Below are positions 1-12,217 of a stretch of 32,259 bases of DNA, piece by piece. The translations under genes and the position numbers were made by a program. The notes below the pieces were generated by a model, which searched no databases, had not been told where the DNA came from, and worked only from the letters and a program-made list of their open reading frames with translations. Position 1 is the first letter of the stretch, and each line of letters opens with the position of its first letter. This stretch comes from Catajapyx aquilonaris (Eukaryota). Location: the NCBI GenBank assembly GCA_000934665.2, contig JYFJ02004507.1, positions 1 to 32,259 of the forward strand, given 5' to 3'.

Positions 1-2885
1 GAAGGTTGGTCAGCTTTATCAGTTGTTTGCCTATCAATCTCAGGGCTCTTCCAGAAAGTGGTCTAATGCCTAGTTCCAGCCTTAGGAAATAATTTGCTGT
101 GTTGGATGGGAGCTGAAGAAACCTCTTCAAAAAATAATTTTGAACCTGATCAAAGATCTGTAAGTGCGCAATTCCCCAGACCTGGGCACCGTATAGAATT
201 ATGGGAGCAATTTGGGCGTCAAACAGCCTAAGTGCTACCTGAATATCACGCACTTTCAGGCGTAGCATTGTATTCCACAGGCTATTGATTGCCACTTTAG
301 CCTTCCTTTTAAGACATTCCGCCGCCAACGTAAAATTTCCCGTGGAAAAAAACGGTATACCAAGATAGGTATAAGTGGAGGTCCAGTTAAGCGGCACAGT
401 GTCCCAATAGAAAGTACATTTCGGTCGGCAACCGGCCCTTTTAAAATACATAACATTTGTTTTCTTTAGGTTCAAACGCAGGCCATTCGAAAGAAAGTAA
501 TCCCTCAAACAATTTAAGTTTTTCTGAAGATAGGCTTGGCTGTCACATAACAGAATTATGTCGTCAGCATAGGCTAAGGTGGTAAACTCCGGAGTATTCG
601 GCCCAAAATTTACTCCCGGCGAACCATTTTCGGCGATGTACTTTTCTAGGTCCGAGAGGAAGATGTTAAAAAGTACCGGGCTCAATGGCTCACCTTGCGG
701 CAAACCAACCGGGACCCGAATAACTACTTTCGGATCACAATCATCAACAATTCTGAATTTGCTATAGTAATCTTGCAGCAACATCACAAAGCTCTGACTC
801 ATCCCCAAAGTTAATAATTTCGAAAAAAGCAACTGGTGAGAAACCGAGTCAAACGCTTTTGATAGGTCAATAAAGACGGCAAAAAGCCTCCCCCTTGGCT
901 TCGATATATACCTTTGAACCAAGCAGTTTAAAGAGAAGAGGTTGTCAACACACCCTCTTCCTGGGCGAAAAGCAGCCTGTGTCTCTGAGAAGATTTCATG
1001 TTTATCAGCCCAACTTAATAATCGACCAGTGAGTATAGAAGAAAAGAGTTTGACTATATTATTCACCAGAGCTATGGGACGATAATTTCCTGGTTCCGTT
1101 GGGTCACCCGCTTTAAAGACTGGAGTAACCCTCGCACGGGCCCAAACACTGGGTATCTCATGTTGCTCAATACATTGATTATAGACTTTCAGTAACAAGT
1201 TCCTCAGGCTAGGTGATTTGACCTTGAGCAGCGCATTAGGGATTAGGTCGGGGCCTGGGGCCGACTTGGTTTTGAGCTTTTGGCAAGCTAGCTCCAGTTC
1301 TTGTACGGTTATTACCTTGTCCAGAATAGCGTCCTTTAAGGCACAAGGGTATGGGGGTAATGCGACCGTCTCCGCTGCACCCGCCCCGTATGACTCGACT
1401 AATGCTTGCCACCATCTCTGGGGATCCAGACAAGGACGGCCTGCTGACACCCTAAACTTTTTGACTGTTCTCCAGAATACACTTGCATCTTTTGAAGCTA
1501 AAAGAGAACTCAGACTGCTATTATAGTAGGTCTTTCGTTTCGCTTTGCAAAAGTTTCGATATACTTTGCGTTCAAGGACATAAGCCTCCCAGTTCGCCCC
1601 CCTTCCCATTTTCATACAGCCACGCAGGGAACTTCCCAGGTGTTGTTTCGCATTACTTACTTCTGCGTCAAACCATGGCGCTGATGCTTTCCTAACATGG
1701 CCACACTTAGGCTGGGTAGGCAAATATAGACAGCCACTTTCCTTCAGTATACCATGAATATGACCTTGCAAAATCTCCCCTACTTGGTCGATGTTTAGAG
1801 AGCCACCCGCCAATCCATCCAATGACTGAAGCTCCGGGAGCAGAAATTCAAAACCCCCCTCTGGGATAACCAATTTGAGCTTACGAGACGCTATTACCGC
1901 TTGAGTATTTCCACCTGGCAACAAAAAGGAGCCGCATATGGGCAGGTGGTCTGAGAGAGGGGTGGCCAAAACCTCAAAATCTTTACAATACAACAATAAC
2001 TCTTCGGAGACACACATGTAGTCGATAACACTTCGACCCTGATGGCCAACAAACGTGAATTTTCCGGGCAGATCTGAGGCAACCGACCCATTCAAGAAAA
2101 ATAAATTATTGTTCTGTAGAAAATCAATCAATAACTTTCCGTTTGAATTCACCCACGCATCCTCTGACTGTCTGGTCTCGGAATGGTTAAATGACCCTTC
2201 GTTTGACAAGTAGTGTGCCACTTTATTTCCGATTCTCGCGTTAAAATCACCCATGACTAATAAAGCAGAACCCTCAGGCACTTTTTCACTTAAACTCATT
2301 TGGATCAATTCTAACATTTCACTGTAAACCATGGCAGGGAACATATAAACCAACAAAATAACTATGCCCTGGCCCCAGGAAGGGCAATTTAGGTGCACCA
2401 ACATAAAAAAATCTGACACATGAAGAACACTTGGAGACCATATGGGATATGGCACGTACAGCCAGCATTAGGCCCCCCGAATGTCGACCGAAAACTGAGC
2501 TTTTGGAGGCCGGGGCCTGAAAAGTCACATACCCAGGAACACTGTGGGATGCTTGAACAGATTGAGGCATCCACGTTTCAACCAACCCTATGATGTCTGG
2601 GGACGAAACAGTTGCACCAAGCTCTTGCAATACCAAAGTTGGGCTTTTACCCGCAATATTCCAGCAAACCGCATACCTCTCCTTATAATTTCCCAACGGG
2701 ATCACGGGAGGATCCGGCTTCAAGTGCAGGATATCACCATCTTTGCCACTACCGTCACCGCCCGCGGCCACAATACTAGCACCAGCACACGCACTCACGG
2801 CCTCAACTTCGGGAGCACTTAAATCACATTGGTTGAGTAAGAACACAGGGACGCCACTCGGTACGGGACCACTAGACCCAACACT
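1..2885 (-). CDS. LINE ORF2p (APE endonuclease + reverse transcriptase), one apparent frameshift at ~2435-2455, truncated by the window edge
   Basis: Manual translation gives VCWNIAG, GLVETW and SGGL, then an uninterrupted frame from 2467 to the window start. That frame contains MGDFNARIG, SVIDY, SDHLP, KSAPGPD, NYRPIAL, QAAFRPGR, FIDLSKAFDSV, GLPQGEPLSPVLFN, YADD (560-571) and YLG. The ORF track missed it because there is no stop inside the window. Confidence 0.93.
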
Positions 2886-3845
2886 TCAGGATTGGGAATT
2901 TTGGACCCCCGGTATGGTGGAAGGGGTAGGCAAACCAGAAACACTGACATCACTCGCAGAGGTACCACTCCCCCCACGACCACCACCAGATCCAGCACCG
3001 CGTCCGCCCCTGGCTCCATATGAGCCGGACGAGAACCCCGCTGCCAGCGACAAAGCCGAAAGTTGTTCCTGTTGAGATGACCGAGGAAACTTCTGTGGGC
3101 CCTCCGGTGAAACGGAAAGTATGCGCTTCTCGGTGGGACCCTGGGCCTGGACCATTTGATTCCCAGTGGTATTGATTGGGGACCTCCTAACTCGCGCGAG
3201 TGAGCCTCCTTCCAGCCTATGCGGAGCACCGTCGATGAGTAGGGTGTCCAGCCGGAGCGTCGCTTTGCTGTGATTCCGCTTTGCCTCCTTGAGGTACGGT
3301 ATTAGCTCCTTCCTCGCTTCGCGCGTCTCGATGGCGAAATCTTCACTCACAGAGATCGGCGAGTCTCGCAGCAACTTCGTGTTGAGTTGGACCATATTTT
3401 TGTCTTTATACCTCAGAAACCTGGCGATAATCGGCCTTGCTCCCACCCTCTGACCAAGACGGTGTACTCTATCAAACTCCACCTGTGCTACGTTTGGGTG
3501 CAATTTGTACGTCGACAGGACCTGTCTGACTCGCTCCTCGGACTCATCCCAGCTCTCGTTGTGTGTATCGGGCATCCCGAAGAAAACCAGGTTCGATCGA
3601 CGGGTTTGGTTTTCTAGTCCAATCAGCCTCTTCCTCAGCAACCCGACTTCTTCTCGCAGCATCCTGTTATCTTCCTGCAGTGCGTCAAATGCCTGCCTGT
3701 CAGCTGCCAACTCTTCCCTTAGCTCACGAAAATCAGATGTCCAGGCTGCTGACTGTTCCGCGTTGCACTGGATCAAATCCTTCTTGAGATCCTCCTTCAA
3801 TGACTTCAGGGCTGTTTGAAGATCATCCATCGTTATGGACGCCAT
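2886..3845 (-). CDS. LINE ORF1p, L1/Transposase_22-type (coiled coil + RRM + CTD), 319 aa from the first ATG
   Basis: MASITMDDLQ... heptad-rich coiled coil, then LENQTRRSNLVFFGMPD, FDRVHRLG, RPIIARF, ISVSEDF..ETREARKEL and LRLDTLLIDG, all typical of L1-type ORF1; Gly/Ser/Pro-rich tail. Confidence 0.9.
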   Translation of the reverse strand: MASITMDDLQTALKSLKEDLKKDLIQCNAEQSAAWTSDFRELREELAADRQAFDALQEDNRMLREEVGLLRKRLIGLENQTRRSNLVFFGMPDTHNESWDESEERVRQVLSTYKLHPNVAQVEFDRVHRLGQRVGARPIIARFLRYKDKNMVQLNTKLLRDSPISVSEDFAIETREARKELIPYLKEAKRNHSKATLRLDTLLIDGAPHRLEGGSLARVRRSPINTTGNQMVQAQGPTEKRILSVSPEGPQKFPRSSQQEQLSALSLAAGFSSGSYGARGGRGAGSGGGRGGSGTSASDVSVSGLPTPSTIPGVQNSQS

Positions 3846-3983
3846 ACTCCCCGGACACGTCCGGCCGGCGGATTCACAGCGGAGAAAACTGGGGTGATTC
3901 AATCGACCAGGTAATGTGGGTTCACCCAAGCGGGAGCTGTGTACGAGACGTCTGATTCCCTCGAGCGTCCGAGAGAGTGTGTG

Positions 3984-4921
3984 GAAACTTAGAGACCTCA
4001 CGGTGGCATTGAAACTTTTCAATGCCCACATTGTGCCAGTCCTATTGTACGCATGCCCAATATGGGGACCCCAGCACTTAGCAGAGATACTCCAGGTCCA
4101 AACTTACTTCCTAAAGAAGTTTTTGAACCTACCACGGACGACAGCAGCATACTTTGTCTATTTAGAAACAGGAGTAATCCCACTTACTTTAAATGTCGCC
4201 AGAGCAACACTAAAATTTATACTTAATATAGAAACAAACTCAAAAAATGAACTTCTTAAAGCAGCATACTTATACACCCCACAAAAAGAATTAAGTCCGA
4301 AAAACAGGTTAAATTGGCTGGCAAGTTGTTCGAAAACCTTCCAACCTCTAGCAGCAAATTGGAAAAAGCTCCCAAAGATCCTTGAAACAATTGAACTGAC
4401 ACTTAAAAACGATTTAATAAACAGACTACAAAAAACTAGTAGATATATAAGCTACAAAGAGGTAAAAGACGAATTCCAGAGAGAAAGCTATTTTAACATA
4501 GACCTGCCAATATCCCACATTCGGTTGTTAGCGAATTTGCGAAATAACTCCTGCTATATAAAATTAAAACAAAACGAGCAATTTAAAATAGAATCAGAGG
4601 AACAGTGTGTATGGTGCAATTGGCAGGTAAACTGTTCAATTTTTCACATAATCTACGAGTCGCCCTTGTTAATACCTCCAAGACGGAAACACCTGTTTGA
4701 TATACCCAAATTTCCACCTGACCAGATCTTGATGCTCTTCACTAATAGTCAAAAACCAGATGTTCATAAATTGTTCTCCTTTTTTCAAAACGTGATCAAA
4801 ATTGTAAATACAAATGAGCAATAATGCACACATACCTAATCTGTATGTAATACATATGTGGTTTTGTCCCCCAAAACGAGCCAAAGGCTCGAACACGGGG
4901 TAAATTAAATAAAATAAAAAA
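3984..4921 (+). mobile_element. 5'-truncated LINE of a related family (ORF2 C-terminus + 3' UTR)
   Basis: Open frame KLRDLTVALKLFNAHIVPVLLYACPIWG...FLNLPRTTAAYFVYLETG aligns with the minus-strand element's KVRDIQVALRLFDAQIAPIILYGAQVWG...FLQLPSNTANYFLRLELG. Degenerate C-terminal CCHC knuckle (CVWC...H..YESP), stop at 4824, 3' UTR hairpin cgagcc-aaa-ggctcg and A-rich tail. Confidence 0.88.
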
Positions 4922-5243
4922 TAGATATTACAGTACATTATTCAATTGGCATACCCACGCCACAGCAGTTGTCCTGAGCGGTTGGCTTGTCTGAAGCTCT
5001 TGCAACAGAGTGATATTGTGCAAACACCCTCATTTTTTTCTGGTTCCTTCGTTGTGAAAGGAGACCAGTCTGAGGAAGTCATGGCTCCATTGACCCTGGC
5101 TGACCTGGGGAGGGCGCTGGAGACCGCCAGGTTAAGAACCGCTGGCTTTAGACCGTCTGCAGCCTGTAACTGTTTCTACGAATCCGCCTGCAAAAGCTGT
5201 CTGACTGGCTCGAAAATACGTGCTAATAATTATAATCTCTATA

Positions 5244-6122
5244 TCTATATATAAGGATGTTTGTGAGTTTGTGAGTTTGAGAGTTTGTTTGTTTGGCCCT
5301 TATAGAAATCCGGAGGAAGGCCCATACACCGCCTTAAATTAGCATATCGGGGGTTACATTTTTCAAGAAATTTAATGCCGCATGTTTCAGCTTCCGAAAA
5401 TGAACCTAACTCCCACAACACGCATATTCCCGAATCTTCTCACTACTCAGGCCTCAACAATTAACTTCACGAACATCAATAACAATATATCAATTCGCAT
5501 TCCCATGGAAATGCCCTTATGCAACAATACCTAGCAAATTAAACCATCACCATAAATTCAACGCATCCACCAATTATGCTAGTTGGCCACCTCACGTGAG
5601 TTCCTATCGTGTGGTCATTCCGGGATTTCGTGGGATTTGAAAGTAGACTTCCAGACAAAAATAAATACAATAAAATAATACAGTATTTACAAATATTACT
5701 CCGTATTGAAAACAAAATTTCCCACCATGCATCTGTATGTACCTTTCTAAAGTTCTTCACAGCAAACATATGGAACGAGGTGGGGGTGTGAAGTGGCGTT
5801 GGGGGGTGAAGGGGTCAAAAATTCTGGGGGAAAACACATGTCTCTGCAGTCTTTTCCTGGGCCAACTTCTATCCACATTCCTCTTTTTACACATCCAATC
5901 AGCATATCTGCATCGACTACGCTATATAATTGAAGCAGGGAATCTATCACAGAGAGTGACTAACTTTGGCTTATTGTAACTTATAAGGCCTGTTTTAAAG
6001 TATATTGAGTTTCGAGTGTATGGAACGCAAAGTTTACAAACAAACTTCCTAAAATATACCGTATGTACCCCTACCTTTACCAGCACCCCAACATACCCAG
6101 GCAACGCCAGGTAACCTGCTAG
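5244..6122 (+). mobile_element. Non-autonomous Helitron
   Basis: A|TCTATATATAAG 5' end followed by a GAGTTT/GTTT microsatellite; imperfect GC-rich 3' hairpin (ccaggcaacgccagg), then CTAG|T at 6119-6123; no TSD. Confidence 0.75.
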
Positions 6123-6798
6123 TATGAATATATAATGCTGCATTGCTATATATTTATATCATATTGCTTTTTTTTAACCTTGCCAGTTGCCGCCCTTCAA
6201 AATATGCCACCCTAGGCCATGGCCTAGTGTGGCCTTATGGCTAATCCGGCACTGCATGACTGAAGGAATGGCAGTGTTCCGCTAGTGTACAATGTCCAGC
6301 TACTCTTCTGAATGAGCTCATGTGTCAGTTGGCCCAGTAAGGTCGAACCATTCCTCCTGACATCAGAAATCATGCTCAACTATGTATGGTTTCCTCAAAA
6401 GTTGCTGAAATACTTGATCTGTAAAAATGATAGTCAGTGGGTCAGACAGCCCCAATTGTACGCCTCAGGGAATTTGATACTTTATGGCGATCATAGTAAT
6501 GACGATTAATCATCTCCAGCTAGAGGTTATGCATGTATGTGAGTTCATCACAAAACGACTGGGATGAGACGTTATCCCTGACAATTTTTCTCCTTCTACG
6601 AGAGCGATTGCCAGCTGAGAAGCTCCTCCCCGCTTCTCAGAATGTCAGTCATACCATTCATACCCAGACCCTGGATATACAAAAATGGAACTTGGATTTC
6701 ATTAAACTAGTGTCAAACTTTTTAAAAAGTAGAGCAGAAGCAATGGTAATGTTCTTCAATGGGGATGGTTCGGACAACAAGCGGCTGGTTGGGACATA

Positions 6799-7728
6799 CG
6801 AGGGTCGTTCGGAAATGATCTGCACTCGAATTTTTTTGGCCACTACATGTACTAGCAGAGGCTGAATCACACTTGGGCTGCCTCAATGTATTCTCCACAG
6901 AGGTCGATGCACCGCTGCCACCTTCCTGGCAACTTTATGGTCGTCTCTCGGAACCATTCTTATGGTGCCCTCACCACCCAGTCATGGACAACTCTTTGGA
7001 GCTCAGCTGCATAGGCAAATCTTCGTCCACGGAGGGGTTCTTTCATCACATCGAAAAGTCCATAGTCAGAAGGTTCCAGGTCTGGGGAATAGGTTGGGTG
7101 TGACAACACAGTGTAACCGAGCTCGAGCTTCCAGTAACTCTCGGCACCTCTGGACTCGAACCTGTTGCGGGATGAGATCACGCGTAACCCAATGCACGCA
7201 CACTTTTTTTAAAAGCAAGATCATCATGAATGATGACATGCAGTGTCAAGTTCCAGTTCATCGAATGTGATTCGACGATTTTCCATGATCAAGTCGTTAA
7301 CCTTCCCCACCACGACAGCTGTCCGAGAAGTCGACGGTCTGCCTGCACTAACCCCTTTTCCCAATGTGGCATGGCCTGCTTTGAACGCCTGGATCCAGTC
7401 GTAACTGTTCTGTGGCCTAGAGCCAGCACTTATCCACACATAGCCACAAAACGGCGGTGAATGTCCGCTGCTGTCGCACCTTCTTTCCACAAGAACCAGG
7501 CTGTCCACCGTTGGCTGTGATATAGTCACCTTCCATCTTGTCCACGCCAGTCTACAACCTACCGCGTTTCAAGTGGCACTGTCGCTGACCTGATGCGGTG
7601 AATATGACAAACTTTTTACAGAGTGTAGGGTACTAGTGCCCCCCCCCTGTTGAGGCAAATGCCAACTTCGTGCAGCCACGTATGCCGCGACAATAAATAG
7701 AGTGCGGATCTTTTCCGAACGACCCTCG
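6799..7728 (-). mobile_element. Internally deleted mariner transposon
   Basis: TIRs CGAGGGTCGTTCGGAAA.GATC.GCACTC at both ends with TA TSD. Minus-strand remnants: HTH region (DWIQAFKAG...AGRPSTS...IMENRRIT) and HPTYSPDLEPSDYGLF..MKEPLRGRRF. Confidence 0.92.
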
Positions 7729-8364
7729 TAATTGTCCGGGGCATCCCCCTATGCTCAAATGGCAAACATGGCCGCATAAATTAACAATGGAAGCACTTTC
7801 GACATTCATTCCTTCATGAATATGGCCCTACCAGCATGCCCCATGTGCATAATAAGCGACCATATTTCCACTGTAACATGGAAGGAAGTAGTGATGTCGC
7901 GTCCAAAACCTACTCCCCCAAATCCTTCTTATTATCCCCATAATATACATATATTTTACCTATCCTGTTTACCAACACCAACAACCTTCTTGAGAATTCG
8001 CCCGATCAGCGAATTCTACGGATGGTCTCTGATCGCAGATCATATGCACGTCAGATGTCTGCCAATAGCCTCAAATGGGGGAAATTTTAATTATGTCCGA
8101 ACCATCCCTCTGTTCGATCCATCCCAGCTCACCCCTAGCAACGGCTACGCTTTCATGTCGGGAGACCCCGCACTTTTACGTACTTTCGTAGGCTTGTATC
8201 TGCTGAAAGATAGGCATGTACCCACCAGGAAGGAAGGTTAGGTCATGGGTTATGTTGGTACAGCATGCCCCTATCCCTGCCACATTCAGGCTACCAACAT
8301 AATAACACTCATGTATGATTCCAATTTTCCCCCTTGCACAGTTCGGGCTATTGCCAACATGTAG

Positions 8365-9401
8365 GGGGTCATGCAAATACCACGTGATCGTTTTGGGGGG
8401 AGGGGGGGGGTCTGCTGATATACCACGGTTGGTCACAGGGGGAGGGAGGGGGGAGGTTCGGCGACAGTTCATGTGGTATCTCTGAACACGGTGAATGGGC
8501 ACATTTGGGAGCTTTTACAAATGCACATGGGTTCAAAATAACCTAAAATTCGAAATCAGCGACCCCGAAAACATGGGGAGACATGTTTTTTACTTGCTTA
8601 ACACTTAACCACCAACGTGAATCTGCCACACATTGGCTACGACGTGGGGTATTTCACGACCCCACGCGGTTTTCATTTTTTATTTTATTTGCCTTAATAG
8701 CACTAAAGCCATTCTTCCACGCTAAATTCTGCCTGTATTCTCATCTGTATGTCTAAAAAAAATCGATCTCCTGTGACCATTAGTTATGACTCAACTAATG
8801 GTCACAGGAGATCGAGAAGGGACCTGAGACTCCGTTATCGCACCTTCGTAGCCTTCCAGTTCTATGCCGTAAGTAATGGCTTATAACGTAAACATTCCCA
8901 GCTGCAGGGTCTGCAAGATTTTAGTTCTGAGAAATATTTTTTGCTGAATATCAACACTCACACTTTATAAAATACAATTTTGCTGTGATGAGCTGTGATA
9001 TGCTCTCTAAAAAATTATGTACATTGGCTCCGAGGTGGGGTATATCTGGACCCCACAGGGACTCTTAGCAGGAGAAAAGTACCGGTAACTCCGCAAAAAT
9101 TTCTACTGATGTCAAAATTTTTCTTTGGATCGAAGAAAGTATGTCTGATGAATATAGGCCTGCCGTTTTTCATTTCATACCCAATTTATTAATCGCGATG
9201 GTATTAACTACATTGTGGGGTAGAAAAATACCCCACGTTGGTGGTTAAGTGTTAAACAGTTTAGTCGAGGATTGATCATTTTCGATCGCGTTTTTTCTGA
9301 TAGCATTGACATTGAAAAAAAACCACGTGAAAGGGGGGGGGGGGTTCCAATGGATACCANAAAGTGGCCTAAAATCGGTCACGTGGTATTTGCACAACCC
9401 C
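8365..9401. mobile_element. PIF/Harbinger-type MITE
   Basis: TIR GGGGT..TGCAAATACCACGTGA at both ends; 3-bp TSD TAG (8362-8364 and 9402-9404). Confidence 0.8.
8602..9251. mobile_element. piggyBac-like MITE nested in the Harbinger MITE
   Basis: Perfect TIR CACTTAACCACCAACGTG with TTAA on both sides. Confidence 0.82.
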
Positions 9402-10502
9402 TAGTGGGCCCCTGCGCTAAAGCAACCCACATCATATGCAGCTCTGAGCTATAACTGGACTACTTCCTTGCAATTAGAAATCTTACAAGTAAACAATCCA
9501 GGCATATTTCTGCAAAACTGTTGATGTTCATGTTTTCAGGTGAAATTAGGATAAATGAAACTGATGCAACTTTCCACTAAAGTATGACTATTCTATGGTT
9601 CTGCTGCTATCTGGACATGATGACCTGCTTTCAATAACCCATCTACCACCCCACAATATGCGACTTCATTTTAAGCTCATGTCTTGGTTCCCGTGGAATT
9701 ACCCTGGACTGAACTCCATTGGTGGGAAATTTAGGCGGTAGCAACAAATACTTGACAATTTCACAGTCATATTAACTGACCAATTGCTTATGTGACCCAA
9801 TACTTTTTGGTCTGCTACAAAGCAAGCTGCCTGAGATGGGGGATGTGTTGGAAAACCTCAGTGACCAATCCTGTACAAATAGTGTCTTATTATGGAGAAG
9901 TTCGAAAGACATCAACACATTCCGAGAGAGAGAAAAATTCAGTAATTCAGACTGGACCATTGGTGATAGTTTACTGTTGCTTGTTTGACATCTGCCTTCT
10001 TGATTGGTTTGTTATCGACTGGTTTGACACAAGTGTGGTAGAAGGGGTTTGTTTGTAAGTATTAATAGGGGGTGGTGTAATGGGAATAGTGCAGGGCACT
10101 CATTCCTTTTGAAGTGGCCGCAAGACTCCTAAGATTTCCACGAGGACGATGTCAGTTCCTCATTGGCATTGCTCAGGACTAAAATACTTTCATAATACTC
10201 TCATGTGAGTGATGCAGTGTCTTCCTCAGCCCAATCAAATTAATGGCACAATCAAATCAGGGGGCACTTAGAACCATACTTGCAAAAGCAGGGAGGTGCT
10301 ACTTTTATACCGAAAGAGCCTTTGAAGAGAAGAGTCCATCATCAGCGGTATGCCGTGTCAGCTCCTCCAGCGCAGCCTGACAACATGGGGTTTGACATTG
10401 TCGAGCCGTGCTGAAAAATCAAGAATGAAAACTCTGTCATTTTCAACAGAAGGTAGGCCCTATGTCCCACACAGAGTAGTCATATTTGCCACAAGGTCAA
10501 AT

Positions 10503-11519
10503 GAGGGGTGTGGTCGAAAAACATGATAACTGACAAATAGGAGTAATTTTTCAGGAGAGCAAATTTAAGTTTGCACTCTTGTCACAAATCAGCATATTAC
10601 CTCAACTTGTAACACTGGGTTTTATTTTTATATTGCCTGACTGTCTGTCTTGTTGTCCATAACTTTTGGAACACTTATTCCTGTAATTAATGGAGATACA
10701 GGGATAGATTCAGTGATAGATTCTTTGCAAAAAAAATAATTTTAATAATTAAAGTGAGTCTCCATAAATCACGGACACTTCGGGCAGAGGGTTAATAATA
10801 TTTTAATAATTACCATATATGAGTTAAACATGTATTCAGACATGGAAGGATGTAAGGTGTGTTAATGTATTCAGTATGCATACCATTTTTCTCTCCAAAG
10901 ACTGAGCTACACCTCTTCCCAAACTGTCCACAAGTTTGAATGTACATCTCCTGTGACAGTTGCTAATTCCTGGTCAACTCTCTTATTAACTGGTCATGAT
11001 TTTTTGGCCTGGCTTGCTTACAGACACTGTCTTACACCTGGCCCACAATTATCAGACATTGAGAACAAAGCACTTCCAAGGAATCTTCATGACAGACAAC
11101 ACTTGCATTGCACACCTCTCATGAGCCCAAAACCAGAGTCAGTGAGGATATGGATGGGAAAATGAGTCACACAGGGGATTATGGGAGTACAATATCAACA
11201 TAAAAGATGACAGGTAACTTTAAAAAACTGAGAATTTCCCTTGTATAATATTGACTGGGGCAGAAACCTTTGTTACACCTTGTATTAAATGGAAGAATGC
11301 GAAGCGTATAAAAATAGGGTCAGTTATCATGTTTTCTGTTTGAGGAAGTGCCTGAAAATATGGCATGTTGGTTATCATCCAGCCCGTGTTGCCGTCTGTT
11401 GCATGATATGTGAACTTTGAGTATACCAAAATGTTTGTCATGTCTTTTACATAGTTGCTAGGTGTTTAGTTCAAAAATGACAAAAATGTCAGTTATCAGG
11501 TTTTTCCACCACACCCCTC
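10503..11519. mobile_element. DNA transposon with Sola2-like termini (non-autonomous)
   Basis: TIR GAGGGGTGTGGT.GAAAA..TGATAACTGACA with exact 4-bp TSD AAAT (10499-10502 and 11520-11523). 5'-GRG ends with a 4-bp TSD match Sola2. Confidence 0.6.
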
Positions 11520-12217
11520 AAATCTGGACCTCCTGGATCACGTCATGTTTCAGCTCACCTGGACCATGTCTTGATGTTCCTCCAGGTTGCCAAACAGTCT
11601 GGCCTCCCTCCAGATGTCGCTGTCATTCAAGTCATCAGCTTTGCAAATCTCCTGCAAACCTTGACCACGTTTTCCACCAAGTCGATCTTGGGTAAGCATA
11701 GATGAATATTTCCATGACCAGCTCATCATGCAGAATAAGAAATCCGCCACCCTGAAAGTGAAGAACAATGGCAGGCATGCCTCTGCACACTTCCATTGCA
11801 ACCTGACAGCATTTCGCACGACCACTGTCCACCTTTTTCGTCTCCATGATTGCCACGACTTGGTCCAGCCATATTCCTAATGCAAGAAGAAAAGGGATTC
11901 AGACTTATATATTTTGCATCGTCTTCACGAAGAAAGTCATGTTGCAGGATTAATCCTTATTTTGCAGCCATCTGAATAAATATATTGCCATCTTAACAAT
12001 GAACTTGTAAATATTCATGCCCCTGCCCATAAAAATAAATAATTTTAACCACATGTACCTCCATAGTGCACTCACGGGTGCACTTTTATGCATGGCATTC
12101 TGGCAGCCATGTTTGATGCTTCTGAAAATGCCTGTAGTACCTGTACTGTAAAATAGCCAATGATGATTGTCATAATCGTATTAAACTCATACAGATTCAC
12201 ATCCTTTTAATGCATAA

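Larger units (their letters stand above)
1..3982 (-). mobile_element. Young non-LTR retrotransposon (LINE; L1-type ORF1 + APE-RT ORF2; possibly RTEX/Proto2-like), 3' end outside window
   Basis: Intact ORF1 followed by an APE-RT frame with canonical motifs. The 5' end is placed at ~3982, where the sequence switches to a different plus-strand LINE fragment. Clade assignment is inference. Confidence 0.93.

Noticed and set aside
3916..4031. ORF-track starts at 4031 (minus) and 3916 (plus)
   Set aside because: Both are non-ATG starts that read across the junction of two elements. ORF1 most plausibly starts at 3845, and the plus-strand ORF is a fragment.
1..4921. Single LINE with a 5' inversion (twin priming)
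   Set aside because: The two pieces overlap by more than 250 nt of homologous ORF2 sequence but are strongly diverged there, so they are different families.
6185..6254. Orphan CAGTGCCGGATT-type transposon end
   Set aside because: No partner end or TSD found, so boundaries cannot be set.
9600..9830. GPCR-like motifs on the plus strand (SWFPW, NCLCDPILFGLL)
   Set aside because: They are in different frames, interrupted by stops, with no convincing transmembrane helices; probably chance.
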